Positions 1-15,000 of a stretch of DNA of 64,000 nucleotides are shown one piece after another (position 1 is the stretch's first letter; the number at the start of each line of letters is the position of its first letter). The position numbers and the translations under genes are program-made. The notes below the pieces were generated by a model. That model was not told the origin of the DNA and did not search any database. It saw only the letters and a program-made list of their open reading frames with translations. The stretch spans positions 1 through 64,000 of the forward strand of contig JAUCBJ010004537.1 of assembly GCA_032718475.1 (NCBI GenBank), read 5' to 3'. The stretch is from Nemertoderma westbladi. Taxonomy: Eukaryota > Animalia > Xenacoelomorpha.

Positions 1-3000
1 CACAGGTGAGTGCGGGTAAGAGCAAACAGATACACAATCACAGGTGAGTGCGGGTAAGGGCAAACAGATACACAATCACAGGTGAGTGCGGGTAAGAGCA
101 AACAGATACGGAAAAGTGCGTGTAAGGGCAAACAGATACGCAATCACAGGTGAGTGCGGGTAAGGGCAAACAGATACGCAATCACAGGTGAGTGCGGGTA
201 AGGGCAAACAGATACACAATCACAGGTGAGTGCGGGTAAGAGCAAACAGATACGGAAAAGTGCGTGTAAGGGCAAACAGATTCACAATCACAGGTGAGTG
301 CGGGTAAGGGCAAACAGATACGCAATCACAGGTGAGTGCGGGTAAGGGCAAACAGATACACAATCACAGGTGAGTGCGGGTAAGAGCAAACAGATACACA
401 ATCACAGGTGAGTGCGGGTAAGAGCAAACAGATACGGAAAAGTGCGTGTAAGGGCAAACAGATTCACAATCACAGGTGAGTGCGGGTAAGGGCAAACAGA
501 TACACAATCACAGGTGAGTGCGGGTAAGAGCAAACAGATACACAATCACAGGTGAGTGCGGGTAAGAGCAAACAGATACGGAAAAGTGCGTGTAAGGGCA
601 AACAGATTCACAATCACAGGTGAGTGCGGGTAAGGGCAAACAGATACGGAAAAGTGCGTGTAAGGGCAAACAGATTCACAATCACAGGTGAGTGCGGGTA
701 AGGGCAAACAGATTCACAATCACAGGTGAGTGCGGGTAAGGGCAAACAGATACGCAATCACAGGTGAGTGCGGGTAAGAGCAAACAGATTCACAATCACG
801 GGTGAGTGCGGGTAAGGGCAAACAGATACGGAAAAGTGCGTGTAAGGGCAAACAGATTCACAATCACAGGTGAGTGCGGGTAAGGGCAAACAGATTCACA
901 ATCACAGGTGAGTGCGGGTAAGGTCAAACAGATACACAATCACAGGTGAGTGCGGGTAAGGGCAAACAGATACGCAATCACAGGTGAGTGCGGGTAAGAG
1001 CAAACAGATACGGAAAAGTGCGTGTAAGGGCAAACAGATTCACAATCACAGGTGAGTGCGGGTAAGGGCAAACAGATTCACAATCACAGGTGAGTGCGGG
1101 TAAGGGCAAACAGATACGCAATCACAGGTGAGTGCGGGTAAGAGCAAACAGATACGGAAAAGTGCGTGTAAGGGCAAACAGATACACAATCACAGGTGAG
1201 TGCGGGTAAGAGCAAACAGATACACAATCACAGGTGAGTGCGGGTAAGGGCAAACAGATTCACAATCACAGGTGAGTGCGGGTAAGGGCAAACAGATACG
1301 CAATCACAGGTGAGTGCGGGTAAGAGCAAACAGATACACAATCACAGGTGAGTGCGGGTAAGGGCAAACAGATACACAATCACAGGTGAGTGCGGGTAAG
1401 AGCAAACAGATACGGAAAAGTGCGTGTAAGGGCAAACAGATTCACAATCACAGGTGAGTGCGGGTAAGGGCAAACAGATACACAATCACAGGTGAGTGCG
1501 GGTAAGAGCAAACAGATACACAATCACAGGTGAGTGCGGGTAAGAGCAAACAGATACGGAAAAGTGCGTGTAAGGGCAAACAGATTCACAATCACAGGTG
1601 AGTGCGGGTAAGGGCAAACAGATACACAATCACAGGTGAGTGCGGGTAAGGGCAAACAGATACGGAAAAGTGCGTGTAAGAGCAAACAGATTCACAATCA
1701 CAGGTGAGTGCGGGTAAGAGCAAACAGATACGGAAAAGTGCGTGTAAGGGCAAACAGATTCACAATCACAGGTGAGTGCGGGTAAGGGCAAACAGATACG
1801 GAAAAGTGCGTGTAAGGGCAAACAGATTCACAATCACAGGTGAGTGCGGGTAAGGGCAAACAGATTCACAATCACAGGTGAGTGCGGGTAAGGGCAAACA
1901 GATACGCAATCACAGGTGAGTGCGGGTAAGAGCAAACAGATACGGAAAAGTGCGTGTAAGGGCAAACAGATTCACAATCACAGGTGAGTGCGGGTAAGGG
2001 CAAACAGATTCACAATCACAGGTGAGTGCGGGTAAGGGCAAACAGATACACAATCACAGGTGAGTGCGGGTAAGAGCAAACAGATACACAATCACAGGTG
2101 AGTGCGGGTAAGGGCAAACAGATTCACAATCACAGGTGAGTGCGGGTAAGGGCAAACAGATACGCAATCACAGGTGAGTGCGGGTAAGGGCAAACAGATA
2201 CACAATCACAGGTGAGTGCGGGTAAGAGCAAACAGATACGGAAAAGTGCGTGTAAGGGCAAACAGATTCACAATCACAGGTGAGTGCGGGTAAGGGCAAA
2301 CAGATACACAATCACAGGTGAGTGCGGGTAAGGGCAAACAGATACACAATCACAGGTGAGTGCGGGTAAGAGCAAACAGATACGGAAAAGTGCGTGTAAG
2401 GGCAAACAGATTCACAATCACAGGTGAGTGCGGGTAAGGGCAAACAGATACGGAATCACAGGTGCGTGCGGGTAAGGGCAAACAGATACACAATCACAGG
2501 TGAGTGCGGGTAAGAGCAAACAGATACGGAAAAGTGCGTGTAAGGGCAAACAGATTCACAATCACAGGTGAGTGCGGGTAAGGGCAAACAGATACGGAAA
2601 AGTGCGTGTAAGGGCAAACAGATTCACAATCACAGGTGAGTGCGGGTAAGGGCAAACAGATTCACAATCACAGGTGAGTGCGGGTAAGGGCAAACAGATA
2701 CGCAATCACAGGTGAGTGCGGGTAAGAGCAAACAGATTCACAATCACGGGTGAGTGCGGGTAAGGGCAAACAGATACGGAAAAGTGCGTGTAAGGGCAAA
2801 CAGATTCACAATCACAGGTGAGTGCGGGTAAGGGCAAACAGATTCACAATCACAGGTGAGTGCGGGTAAGGGCAAACAGATACGCAATCACAGGTGAGTG
2901 CGGGTAAGAGCAAACAGATACGGAAAAGTGCGTGTAAGGGCAAACAGATTCACAATCACAGGTGAGTGCGGGTAAGGGCAAACAGATTCACAATCACAGG

Positions 3001-6000
3001 TGAGTGCGGGTAAGGGCAAACAGATACGCAATCACAGGTGAGTGCGGGTAAGAGCAAACAGATACGGAAAAGTGCGTGTAAGGGCAAACAGATACACAAT
3101 CACAGGTGAGTGCGGGTAAGAGCAAACAGATACACAATCACAGGTGAGTGCGGGTAAGGGCAAACAGATACACAATCACAGGTGAGTGCGGGTAAGGGCA
3201 AACAGATACACAATCACAGGTGAGTGCGGGTAAGAGCAAACAGATACGGAAAAGTGCGTGTAAGGGCAAACAGATTCACAATCACAGGTGAGTGCGGGTA
3301 AGGGCAAACAGATACGCAATCACAGGTGAGTGCGGGTAAGAGCAAACAGATACGGAAAAGTGCGTGTAAGGGCAAACAGATACACAATCACAGGTGAGTG
3401 CGGGTAAGAGCAAACAGATACACAATCACAGGTGAGTGCGGGTAAGGGCAAACAGATACACAATCACAGGTGAGTGCGGGTAAGGGCAAACAGATACGGA
3501 AAAGTGCGTGTAAGGGCAAACAGATTCACAATCACAGGTGAGTGCGGGTAAGGGCAAACAGATACGGAAAAGTGCGTGTAAGGGCAAACAGATTCACAAT
3601 CACAGGTGAGTGCGGGTAAGGGCAAACAGATACGGAAAAGTGCGTGTAAGGGCAAACAGATTCACAATCACAGGTGAGTGCGTGTAAGGGCAAACAGATT
3701 CACAATCACAGGTGAGTGCGGGTAAGGGCAAACAGATACGGAAAAGTGCGTGTAAGGGCAAACAGATTCACAATCACAGGTGAGTGCGGGTAAGGGCAAA
3801 CAGATACGGAAAAGTGCGTGTAAGGGCAAACAGATTCACAATCACAGGTGAGTGCGGGTAAGGGCAAACAGATACACAATCACAGGTGAGTGCGGGTAAG
3901 AGCAAACAGATACACAATCACAGGTGAGTGCGGGTAAGGGCAAACAGATACGGAAAAGTGCGTGTAAGGGCAAACAGATTCACAATCACAGGTGAGTGCG
4001 GGTAAGGGCAAACAGATACGCAATCACAGGTGAGTGCGGGTAAGAGCAAACAGATACGGAAAAGTGCGTGTAAGGGCAAACAGATACGAAAAGTGCGTGT
4101 AAGGGCAAACAGATACGGAAAAGTGCGTGTAAGGGCAAACAGATACGGAAAAGTGCGTGTAAGGGCAAACAGATTCACAATCACAGGTGAGTGCGGGTAA
4201 GGGCAAACAGATACACAATCACAGGTGAGTGCGGGTAAGGGCAAACAGATTCACAATCACAGGTGAGTGCGGGTAAGGGCAAACAGATACACAATCACAG
4301 GTGAGTGCGGGTAAGGGCAAACAGATACACAATCACAGGTGAGTGCGGGTAAGAGCAAACAGATACGGAAAAGTGCGTGTAAGGGCAAACAGATACGACA
4401 ATCACAGGTGAGTGCGGGTAAGGGCAAACAGATACGGAAAAGTGCGTGTAAGGGCAAACAGATACACAATCACAGGTGAGTGCGGGTAAGGGCAAACAGA
4501 TACGCAATCACAGGTGAGTGCGGGTAAGAGCAAACAGATACGGAAAAGTGCGTGTAAGGGCAAACAGATACGGAAAAGTGCGTGTAAGGGCAAACAGATA
4601 CGGAAAAGTGCGTGTAAGGGCAAACAGATACGGAAAAGTGCGTGTAAGGGCAAACAGATTCACAATCACAGGTGAGTGCGGGTAAGGGCAAACAGATACA
4701 CAATCACAGGTGAGTGCGGGTAAGGGCAAACAGATTCACAATCACAGGTGAGTGCGGGTAAGGGCAAACAGATACACAATCACAGGTGAGTGCGGGTAAG
4801 AGCAAACAGATACGGAAAAGTGCGTGTAAGGGCAAACAGATTCACAATCACAGGTGAGTGCGGGTAAGGGCAAACAGATACGCAATCACAGGTGAGTGCG
4901 GGTAAGAGCAAACAGATACGGAAAAGTGCGTGTAAGGGCAAACAGATTCACAATCACAGGTGAGTGCGGGTAAGGGCAAACAGATACGGAAAAGTGCGTG
5001 TAAGGGCAAACAGATTCACAATCACAGGTGAGTGCGGGTAAGGGCAAACAGATACGCAATCACAGGTGAGTGCGGGTAAGAGCAAACAGATACGGAAAAG
5101 TGCGTGTAAGGGCAAACAGATACACAATCACAGGTGAGTGCGGGTAAGAGCAAACAGATACACAATCACAGGTGAGTGCGGGTAAGGGCAAACAGATACA
5201 CAATCACAGGTGAGTGCGGGTAAGAGCAAACAGATACGGAAAAGTGCGTGTAAGGGCAAACAGATACACAATCACAGGTGAGTGCGGGTAAGAGCAAACA
5301 GATACGGAAAAGTGCGTGTAAGGGCAAACAGATTCACAATCACAGGTGAGTGCGGGTAAGGGCAAACAGATACACAATCACAGGTGAGTGCGGGTAAGAG
5401 CAAACAGATACGGAAAAGTGCGTGTAAGGGCAAACAGATACACAATCACAGGTGAGTGCGGGTAAGAGCAAACAGATACGGAAAAGTGCGTGTAAGGGCA
5501 AACAGATACACAATCACAGGTGAGTGCGGGTAAGGGCAAACAGATACGCAATCACAGGTGAGTGCGGGTAAGGGCAAACAGATTCACAATCACAGGTGAG
5601 TGCGGGTAAGGGCAAACAGATACACAATCACAGGTGAGTGCGGGTAAGAGCAAACAGATACACAATCACAGGTGAGTGCGGGTAAGGGCAAACAGATACA
5701 CAATCACAGGTGAGTGCGGGTAAGAGCAAACAGATACGGAAAAGTGCGTGTAAGGGCAAACAGATACACAATCACAGGTGAGTGCGGGTAAGGGCAAACA
5801 GATACACAATCACAGGTGAGTGCGGGTAAGAGCAAACAGATACGGAAAAGTGCGTGTAAGGGCAAACAGATTCACAATCACAGGTGAGTGCGGGTAAGGG
5901 CAAACAGATTCACAATCACAGGTGAGTGCGGGTAAGAGCAAACAGATACGGAAAAGTGCGTGTAAGGGCAAACAGATTCACAATCACAGGTGAGTGCGGG

Positions 6001-9000
6001 TAAGGGCAAACAGATACACAATCACAGTGAGTGCGGGTAAGGGCAAACAGATTCACAATCACAGGTGAGTGCGGGTAAGAGCAAACAGATACGGAAAAGT
6101 GCGTGTAAGGGCAAACAGATTCACAATCACAGGTGAGTGCGGGTAAGGGCAAACAGATACGGAAAAGTGCGTGTAAGGGCAAACAGATACACAATCACAG
6201 GTGAGTGCGGGTAAGAGCAAACAGATACACAATCACAGGTGAGTGCGGGTAAGGGCAAACAGATACACAATCACAGGTGAGTGCGGGTAAGAGCAAACAG
6301 ATACGGAAAAGTGCGTGTAAGGGCAAACAGATACACAATCACAGGTGAGTGCGGGTAAGGGCAAACAGATACACAATCACAGGTGAGTGCGGGTAAGAGC
6401 AAACAGATACGGAAAAGTGCGTGTAAGGGCAAACAGATACACAATCACAGGTGAGTGCGGGTAAGAGCAAACAGATACACAATCACAGGTGAGTGCGGGT
6501 AAGGGCAAACAGATACACAATCACAGGTGAGTGCGGGTAAGAGCAAACAGATACGCAATCACAGGTGAGTGCGGGTAAGAGCAAACAGATACGGAAAAGT
6601 GCGTGTAAGGGCAAACAGATACGCAATCACAGGTGAGTGCGGGTAAGGGCAAACAGATACGGAAAAGTGCGTGTAAGGGCAAACAGATTCACAATCACAG
6701 GTGAGTGCGGGTAAGAGCAAACAGATACGGAAAAGTGCGTGTAAGGGCAAACAGATACACAATCACAGGTGAGTGCGGGTAAGAGCAAACAGATACACAA
6801 TCACAGGTGAGTGCGGGTAAGGGCAAACAGATACACAATCACAGGTGAGTGCGGGTAAGAGCAAACAGATACGGAAAAGTGCGTGTAAGGGCAAACAGAT
6901 ACACAATCACAGGTGAGTGCGGGTAAGGGCAAACAGATACACAATCACAGGTGAGTGCGGGTAAGAGCAAACAGATACGGAAAAGTGCGTGTAAGGGCAA
7001 ACAGATTCACAATCACAGGTGAGTGCGGGTAAGGGCAAACAGATACGCAATCACAGGTGAGTGCGGGTAAGAGCAAACAGATACGGAAAAGTGCGTGTAA
7101 GGGCAAACAGATACGCAATCACAGGTGAGTGCGGGTAAGGGCAAACAGATACGGAAAAGTGCGTGTAAGGGCAAACAGATTCACAATCACAGGTGAGTGC
7201 GGGTAAGGGCAAACAGATACGCAATCACAGGTGAGTGCGGGTAAGGAGCAAACAGATACGCAATCACAGGTGAGTGCGGGTAAGGGCAAACAGATTCACA
7301 ATCACAGGTGAGTGCGGGTAAGGGCAAACAGATACGGAAAAGTGCGTGTAAGGGCAAACAGATTCACAATCACAGGTGAGTGCGGGTAAGGGCAAACAGA
7401 TACGGAAAAGTGCGTGTAAGGGCAAACAGATACGCAATCACAGGTGAGTGCGGGTAAGAGCAAACAGATACACAATCACAGGTGAGTGCGGGTAAGGGCA
7501 AACAGATACACAATCACAGGTGAGTGCGGGTAAGGGCAAACAGATACGGAAAAGTGCGTGTAAGGGCAAACAGATTCACAATCACAGGTGAGTGCGGGTA
7601 AGGGCAAACAGATACGGAAAAGTGCGTGTAAGGGCAAACAGATTCACAATCACAGGTGAGTGCGGGTAAGGGCAAACAGATACGCAATCACAGGTGAGTG
7701 CGGGTAAGGGCAAACAGATACACAATCACAGGTGAGTGCGGGTAAGGGCAAACAGATACACAATCACAGGTGAGTGCGGGTAAGGGCAAACAGATACGGA
7801 AAAGTGCGTGTAAGGGCAAACAGATTCACAATCACAGGTGAGTGCGGGTAAGGGCAAACAGATACGGAAAAGTGCGTGTAAGGGCAAACAGATACGCAAT
7901 CACAGGTGAGTGCGGGTAAGAGCAAACAGATACACAATCACAGGTGAGTGCGGGTAAGGGCAAACAGATACACAATCACAGGTGAGTGCGGGTAAGGGCA
8001 AACAGATACACAATCACAGGTGAGTGCGGGTAAGGGCAAACAGATACGGAAAAGTGCGTGTAAGGGCAAACAGATTCACAATCACAGGTGAGTGCGGGTA
8101 AGGGCAAACAGATACGGAAAAGTGCGTGTAAGGGCAAACAGATACGGAAAAGTGCGTGTAAGGGCAAACAGATTCACAATCACAGGTGAGTGCGGGTAAG
8201 AGCAAACAGATACGGAAAAGTGCGTGTAAGGGCAAACAGATTCACAATCACAGGTGAGTGCGGGTAAGGGCAAACAGATACGGAAAAGTGCGTGTAAGGG
8301 CAAACAGATACACAATCACAGGTGAGTGCGGGTAAGGGCAAACAGATACGGAAAAGTGCGTGTAAGGGCAAACAGATTCACAATCACAGGTGAGTGCGGG
8401 TAAGGGCAAACAGATACGCAATCACAGGTGAGTGCGGGTAAGGGCAAACAGATTCACAATCACAGGTGAGTGCGGGTAAGGGCAAACAGATACGGAAAAG
8501 TGCGTGTAAGGGCAAACAGATTCACAATCACAGGTGAGTGCGGGTAAGGGCAAACAGATACGGAAAAGTGCGTGTAAGGGCAAACAGATTCACAATCACA
8601 GGTGAGTGCGGGTAAGGGCAAACAGATACGCAATCACAGGTGAGTGCGGGTAAGGGCAAACAGATACACAATCACAGGTGAGTGCGGGTAAGGGCAAACA
8701 GATACGCAATCACAGGTGAGTGCGGGTAAGGGCAAACAGATACACAATCACAGGTGAGTGCGGGTAAGGGCAAACAGATACGCAATCACAGGTGAGTGCG
8801 GGTAAGGGCAAACAGATACACAATCACAGGTGAGTGCGGGTAAGAGCAAACAGATACGGAAAAGTGCGTGTAAGGGCAAACAGATACACAATCACAGGTG
8901 AGTGCGGGTAAGGGCAAACAGATTCACAATCACAGGTGAGTGCGGGTAAGGGCAAACAGATACGCAATCACAGGTGAGTGCGGGTAAGAGCAAACAGATA

Positions 9001-12000
9001 CGGAAAAGTGCGTGTAAGGGCAAACAGATTCACAATCACAGGTGAGTGCGGGTAAGGGCAAACAGATACGGAAAAGTGCGTGTAAGGGCAAACAGATTCA
9101 CAATCACAGGTGAGTGCGGGTAAGGGCAAACAGATACACAATCACAGGTGAGTGCGGGTAAGAGCAAACAGATACGGAAAAGTGCGTGTAAGGGCAAACA
9201 GATTCACAATCACAGGTGAGTGCGGGTAAGAGCAAACAGATACACAATCACAGGTGAGTGCGGGTAAGGGCAAACAGATACGGAAAAGTGCGTGTAAGGG
9301 CAAACAGATTCACAATCACAGGTGAGTGCGGGTAAGGGCAAACAGATACGCAATCACAGGTGAGTGCGGGTAAGGTCAAACAGATACACAATCACAGGTG
9401 AGTGCGGGTAAGAGCAAACAGATACACAATCACAGGTGAGTGCGGGTAAGGGCAAACAGATACACAATCACAGGTGAGTGCGGGTAAGGGCAAACAGATA
9501 CACAATCACAGGTGAGTGCGGGTAAGGGCAAACAGATTCACAATCACAGGTGAGTGCGGGTAAGGGCAAACAGATACGCAATCACAGGTGAGTGCGGGTA
9601 AGGTCAAACAGATACACAATCACAGGTGAGTGCGGGTAAGAGCAAACAGATACACAATCACAGGTGAGTGCGGGTAAGGTCAAACAGATACGCAATCACA
9701 GGTGAGTGCGGGTAAGGGCAAACAGATACGGAAAAGTGCGTGTAAGGGCAAACAGATACACAATCACAGGTGAGTGCGTGTAAGGGCAAACAGATTCACA
9801 ATCACAGGTGAGTGCGGGTAAGGGCAAACAGATTCACAATCACAGGTGAGTGCGGGTAAGGGCAAACAGATACGGAAAAGTGCGTGTAAGGGCAAACAGA
9901 TTCACAATCACAGGTGAGTGCGGGTAAGGGCAAACAGATACGCAATCACAGGTGAGTGCGGGTAAGGTCAAACAGATACACAATCACAGGTGAGTGCGGG
10001 TAAGAGCAAACAGATACACAATCACAGGTGAGTGCGGGTAAGGGCAAACAGATACACAATCACAGGTGAGTGCGGGTAAGAGCAAACAGATACACAATCA
10101 CAGGTGAGTGCGGGTAAGGGCAAACAGATACACAATCACAGGTGAGTGCGGGTAAGGGCAAACAGATACACAATCACAGGTGAGTGCGGGTAAGAGCAAA
10201 CAGATTCACAATCACAGGTGAGTGCGGGTAAGGGCAAACAGATACGGAAAAGTGCGTGTAAGGGCAAACAGATTCACAATCACAGGTGAGTGCGGGTAAG
10301 GGCAAACAGATACGGAAAAGTGCGTGTAAGGGCAAACAGATTCACAATCACAGGTGAGTGCGGGTAAGGGCAAACAGATACGCAATCACAGGTGAGTGCG
10401 GGTAAGGTCAAACAGATACACAATCACAGGTGAGTGCGGGTAAGAGCAAACAGATACACAATCACAGGTGAGTGCGGGTAAGAGCAAACAGATACACAAT
10501 CACAGGTGAGTGCGGGTAAGGGCAAACAGATACACAATCACAGGTGAGTGCGGGTAAGGTCAAACAGATACACAATCACAGGTGAGTGCGGGTAAGAGCA
10601 AACAGATACACAATCACAGGTGAGTGCGGGTAAGAGCAAACAGATACACAATCACAGGTGAGTGCGGGTAAGGGCAAACAGATACACAATCACAGGTGAG
10701 TGCGGGTAAGGTCAAACAGATACACAATCACAGGTGAGTGCGGGTAAGAGCAAACAGATACACAATCACAGGTGAGTGCGGGTAAGGGCAAACAGATACA
10801 CAATCACAGGTGAGTGCGGGTAAGGTCAAACAGATACACAATCACAGGTGAGTGCGGGTAAGAGCAAACAGATACACAATCACAGGTGAGTGCGGGTAAG
10901 GTCAAACAGATACACAATCACAGGTGAGTGCGGGTAAGGGCAAACAGATACACAATCACAGGTGAGTGCGGGTAAGGTCAAACAGATACACAATCACAGG
11001 TGAGTGCGGGTAAGAGCAAACAGATACACAATCACAGGTGAGTGCGGGTAAGGTCAAACAGATACACAATCACAGGTGAGTGCGGGTAAGAGCAAACAGA
11101 TACACAATCACAGGTGAGTGCGGGTAAGAGCAAACAGATACACAATCACAGGTGAGTGCGGGTAAGAGCAAACAGATACACAATCACAGGTGAGTGCGGG
11201 TAAGAGCAAACAGATACACAATCACAGGTGAGTGCGGGTAAGAGCAAACAGATACACAATCACAGGTGAGTGCGGGTAAGAGCAAACAGATACACAATCA
11301 CAGGTGAGTGCGGGTAAGAGCAAACAGATACACAATCACAGGTGAGTGCGGGTAAGAGCAAACAGATACACAATCACAGGTGAGTGCGGGTAAGGGCAAA
11401 CAGATACACAATCACAGGTGAGTGCGGGTAAGGTCAAACAGATACACAATCACAGGTGAGTGCGGGTAAGAGCAAACAGATACACAATCACAGGTGAGTG
11501 CGGGTAAGAGCAAACAGATACACAATCACAGGTGAGTGCGGGTAAGGGCAAACAGATACACAATCACAGGTGAGTGCGGGTAAGGTCAAACAGATACACA
11601 ATCACAGGTGAGTGCGGGTAAGAGCAAACAGATACACAATCACAGGTGAGTGCGGGTAAGGGCAAACAGATACACAATCACAGGTGAGTGCGGGTAAGGT
11701 CAAACAGATACACAATCACAGGTGAGTGCGGGTAAGAGCAAACAGATACACAATCACAGGTGAGTGCGGGTAAGAGCAAACAGATACACAATCACAGGTG
11801 AGTGCGGGTAAGGGCAAACAGATACACAATCACAGGTGAGTGCGGGTAAGGTCAAACAGATACACAATCACAGGTGAGTGCGGGTAAGAGCAAACAGATA
11901 CACAATCACAGGTGAGTGCGGGTAAGAGCAAACAGATTCACAATCACAGGTGAGTGCGGGTAAGGGCAAACAGATACGGAAAAGTGCGTGTAAGGGCAAA

Positions 12001-15000
12001 CAGATTCACAATCACAGGTGAGTGCGGGTAAGGGCAAACAGATACGGAAAAGTGCGTGTAAGGGCAAACAGATTCACAATCACAGGTGAGTGCGGGTAAG
12101 GGCAAACAGATACGCAATCACAGGTGAGTGCGGGTAAGGTCAAACAGATACACAATCACAGGTGAGTGCGGGTAAGAGCAAACAGATACACAATCACAGG
12201 TGAGTGCGGGTAAGGGCAAACAGATACACAATCACAGGTGAGTGCGGGTAAGGGCAAACAGATACACAATCACAGGTGAGTGCGGGTAAGAGCAAACAGA
12301 TACACAATCACAGGTGAGTGCGGGTAAGAGCAAACAGATACGGAAAAGTGCGTGTAAGAGCAAACAGATACACAATCACAGGTGAGTGCGGGTAAGGGCA
12401 AACAGATACGGAAAAGTGCGTGTAAGGGCAAACAGATACACAATCACAGGTGAGTGCGGGTAAGAGCAAACAGATACACAATCACAGGTGAGTGCGGGTA
12501 AGGGCAAACAGATACACAATCACAGGTGAGTGCGGGTAAGAGCAAACAGATACACAATCACAGGTGAGTGCGGGTAAGGGCAAACAGATACGGAAAAGTG
12601 CGTGTAAGGGCAAACAGATTCACAATCACAGGTGAGTGCGGGTAAGGGCAAACAGATACGGAAAAGTGCGTGTAAGGGCAAACAGATTCACAATCACAGG
12701 TGAGTGCGGGTAAGGGCAAACAGATACGCAATCACAGGTGAGTGCGGGTAAGGTCAAACAGATACACAATCACAGGTGAGTGCGGGTAAGAGCAAACAGA
12801 TACACAATCACAGGTGAGTGCGGGTAAGGGCAAACAGATACGGAAAAGTGCGTGTAAGGGCAAACAGATTCACAATCACAGGTGAGTGCGGGTAAGGGCA
12901 AACAGATACGGAAAAGTGCGTGTAAGGGCAAACAGATTCACAATCACAGGTGAGTGCGGGTAAGGGCAAACAGATACGCAATCACAGGTGAGTGCGGGTA
13001 AGGGCAAACAGATACGGAAAAGTGCGTGTAAGGGCAAACAGATTCACAATCACAGGTGAGTGCGGGTAAGGGCAAACAGATACGCAATCACAGGTGAGTG
13101 CGGGTAAGGTCAAACAGATACACAATCACAGGTGAGTGCGGGTAAGAGCAAACAGATACACAATCACAGGTGAGTGCGGGTAAGGGCAAACAGATACACA
13201 ATCACAGGTGAGTGCGGGTAAGAGCAAACAGATACACAATCACAGGTGAGTGCGGGTAAGGGCAAACAGATACACAATCACAGGTGAGTGCGGGTAAGAG
13301 CAAACAGATACGGAAAAGTGCGTGTAAGGGCAAACAGATACGCAATCACAGGTGAGTGCGGGTAAGGGCAAACAGATTCACAATCACAGGTGAGTGCGGG
13401 TAAGAGCAAACAGATACACAATCACAGGTGAGTGCGGGTAAGAGCAAACAGATACACAATCACAGGTGAGTGCGGGTAAGGGCAAACAGATACACAATCA
13501 CAGGTGAGTGCGGGTAAGGGCAAACAGATACACAATCACAGGTGAGTGCGGGTAAGAGCAAACAGATACGGAAAAGTGCGTGTAAGGGCAAACAGATTCA
13601 CAATCACAGGTGAGTGCGGGTAAGGGCAAACAGATACACAATCACAGGTGAGTGCGGGTAAGAGCAAACAGATACGGAAAAGTGCGTGTAAGGGCAAACA
13701 GATTCACAATCACAGGTGAGTGCGGGTAAGGGCAAACAGATACGCAATCACAGGTGAGTGCGGGTAAGGTCAAACAGATACACAATCACAGGTGAGTGCG
13801 GGTAAGAGCAAACAGATACACAATCACAGGTGAGTGCGGGTAAGGGCAAACAGATACACAATCACAGGTGAGTGCGGGTAAGGGCAAACAGATACGCAAT
13901 CACAGGTGAGTGCGGGTAAGGTCAAACAGATACACAATCACAGGTGAGTGCGGGTAAGAGCAAACAGATACACAATCACAGGTGAGTGCGGGTAAGAGCA
14001 AACAGATACACAATCACAGGTGAGTGCGGGTAAGGGCAAACAGATACACAATCACAGGTGAGTGCGGGTAAGAGCAAACAGATACACAATCACAGGTGAG
14101 TGCGGGTAAGAGCAAACAGATACGCAATCACAGGTGAGTGCGGGTAAGGGCAAACAGATTCACAATCACAGGTGAGTGCGGGTAAGAGCAAACAGATACG
14201 GAAAAGTGCGTGTAAGGGCAAACAGATTCACAATCACAGGTGAGTGCGGGTAAGGGCAAACAGATACGCAATCACAGGTGAGTGCGGGTAAGAGCAAACA
14301 GATACACAATCACAGGTGAGTGCGTGTAAGGGCAAACAGATACGGAAAAGTGCGTGTAAGGGCAAACAGATTCACAATCACAGGTGAGTGCGGGTAAGGG
14401 CAAACAGATACGCAATCACAGGTGAGTGCGGGTAAGAGCAAACAGATACGGAAAAGTGCGTGTAAGGGCAAACAGATTCACAATCACAGGTGAGTGTGGG
14501 TAAGGGCAAACAGATACGGAAAAGTGCGTGTAAGGGCAAACAGATTCACAATCACAGGTGAGTGCGGGTAAGGGCAAACAGATACGCAATCACAGGTGAG
14601 TGCGGGTAAGGGCAAACAGATACGCAATCACAGGTGAGTGCGGGTAAGGGCAAACAGATACGCAATCACAGGTGAGTGCGGGTAAGGTCAAACAGATACA
14701 CAATCACAGGTGAGTGCGGGTAAGGGCAAACAGATACGCAATCACAGGTGAGTGCGGGTAAGGGCAAACAGATACGCAATCACAGGTGAGTGCGGGTAAG
14801 GGCAAACAGATTCACAATCACAGGTGAGTGCGGGTAAGGGCAAACAGATACGCAATCACAGGTGAGTGCGGGTAAGGGCAAACAGATACGCAATCACAGG
14901 TGAGTGCGGGTAAGGGCAAACAGATACGCAATCACAGGTGAGTGCGGGTAAGGTCAAACAGATACACAATCACAGGTGAGTGCGGGTAAGAGCAAACAGA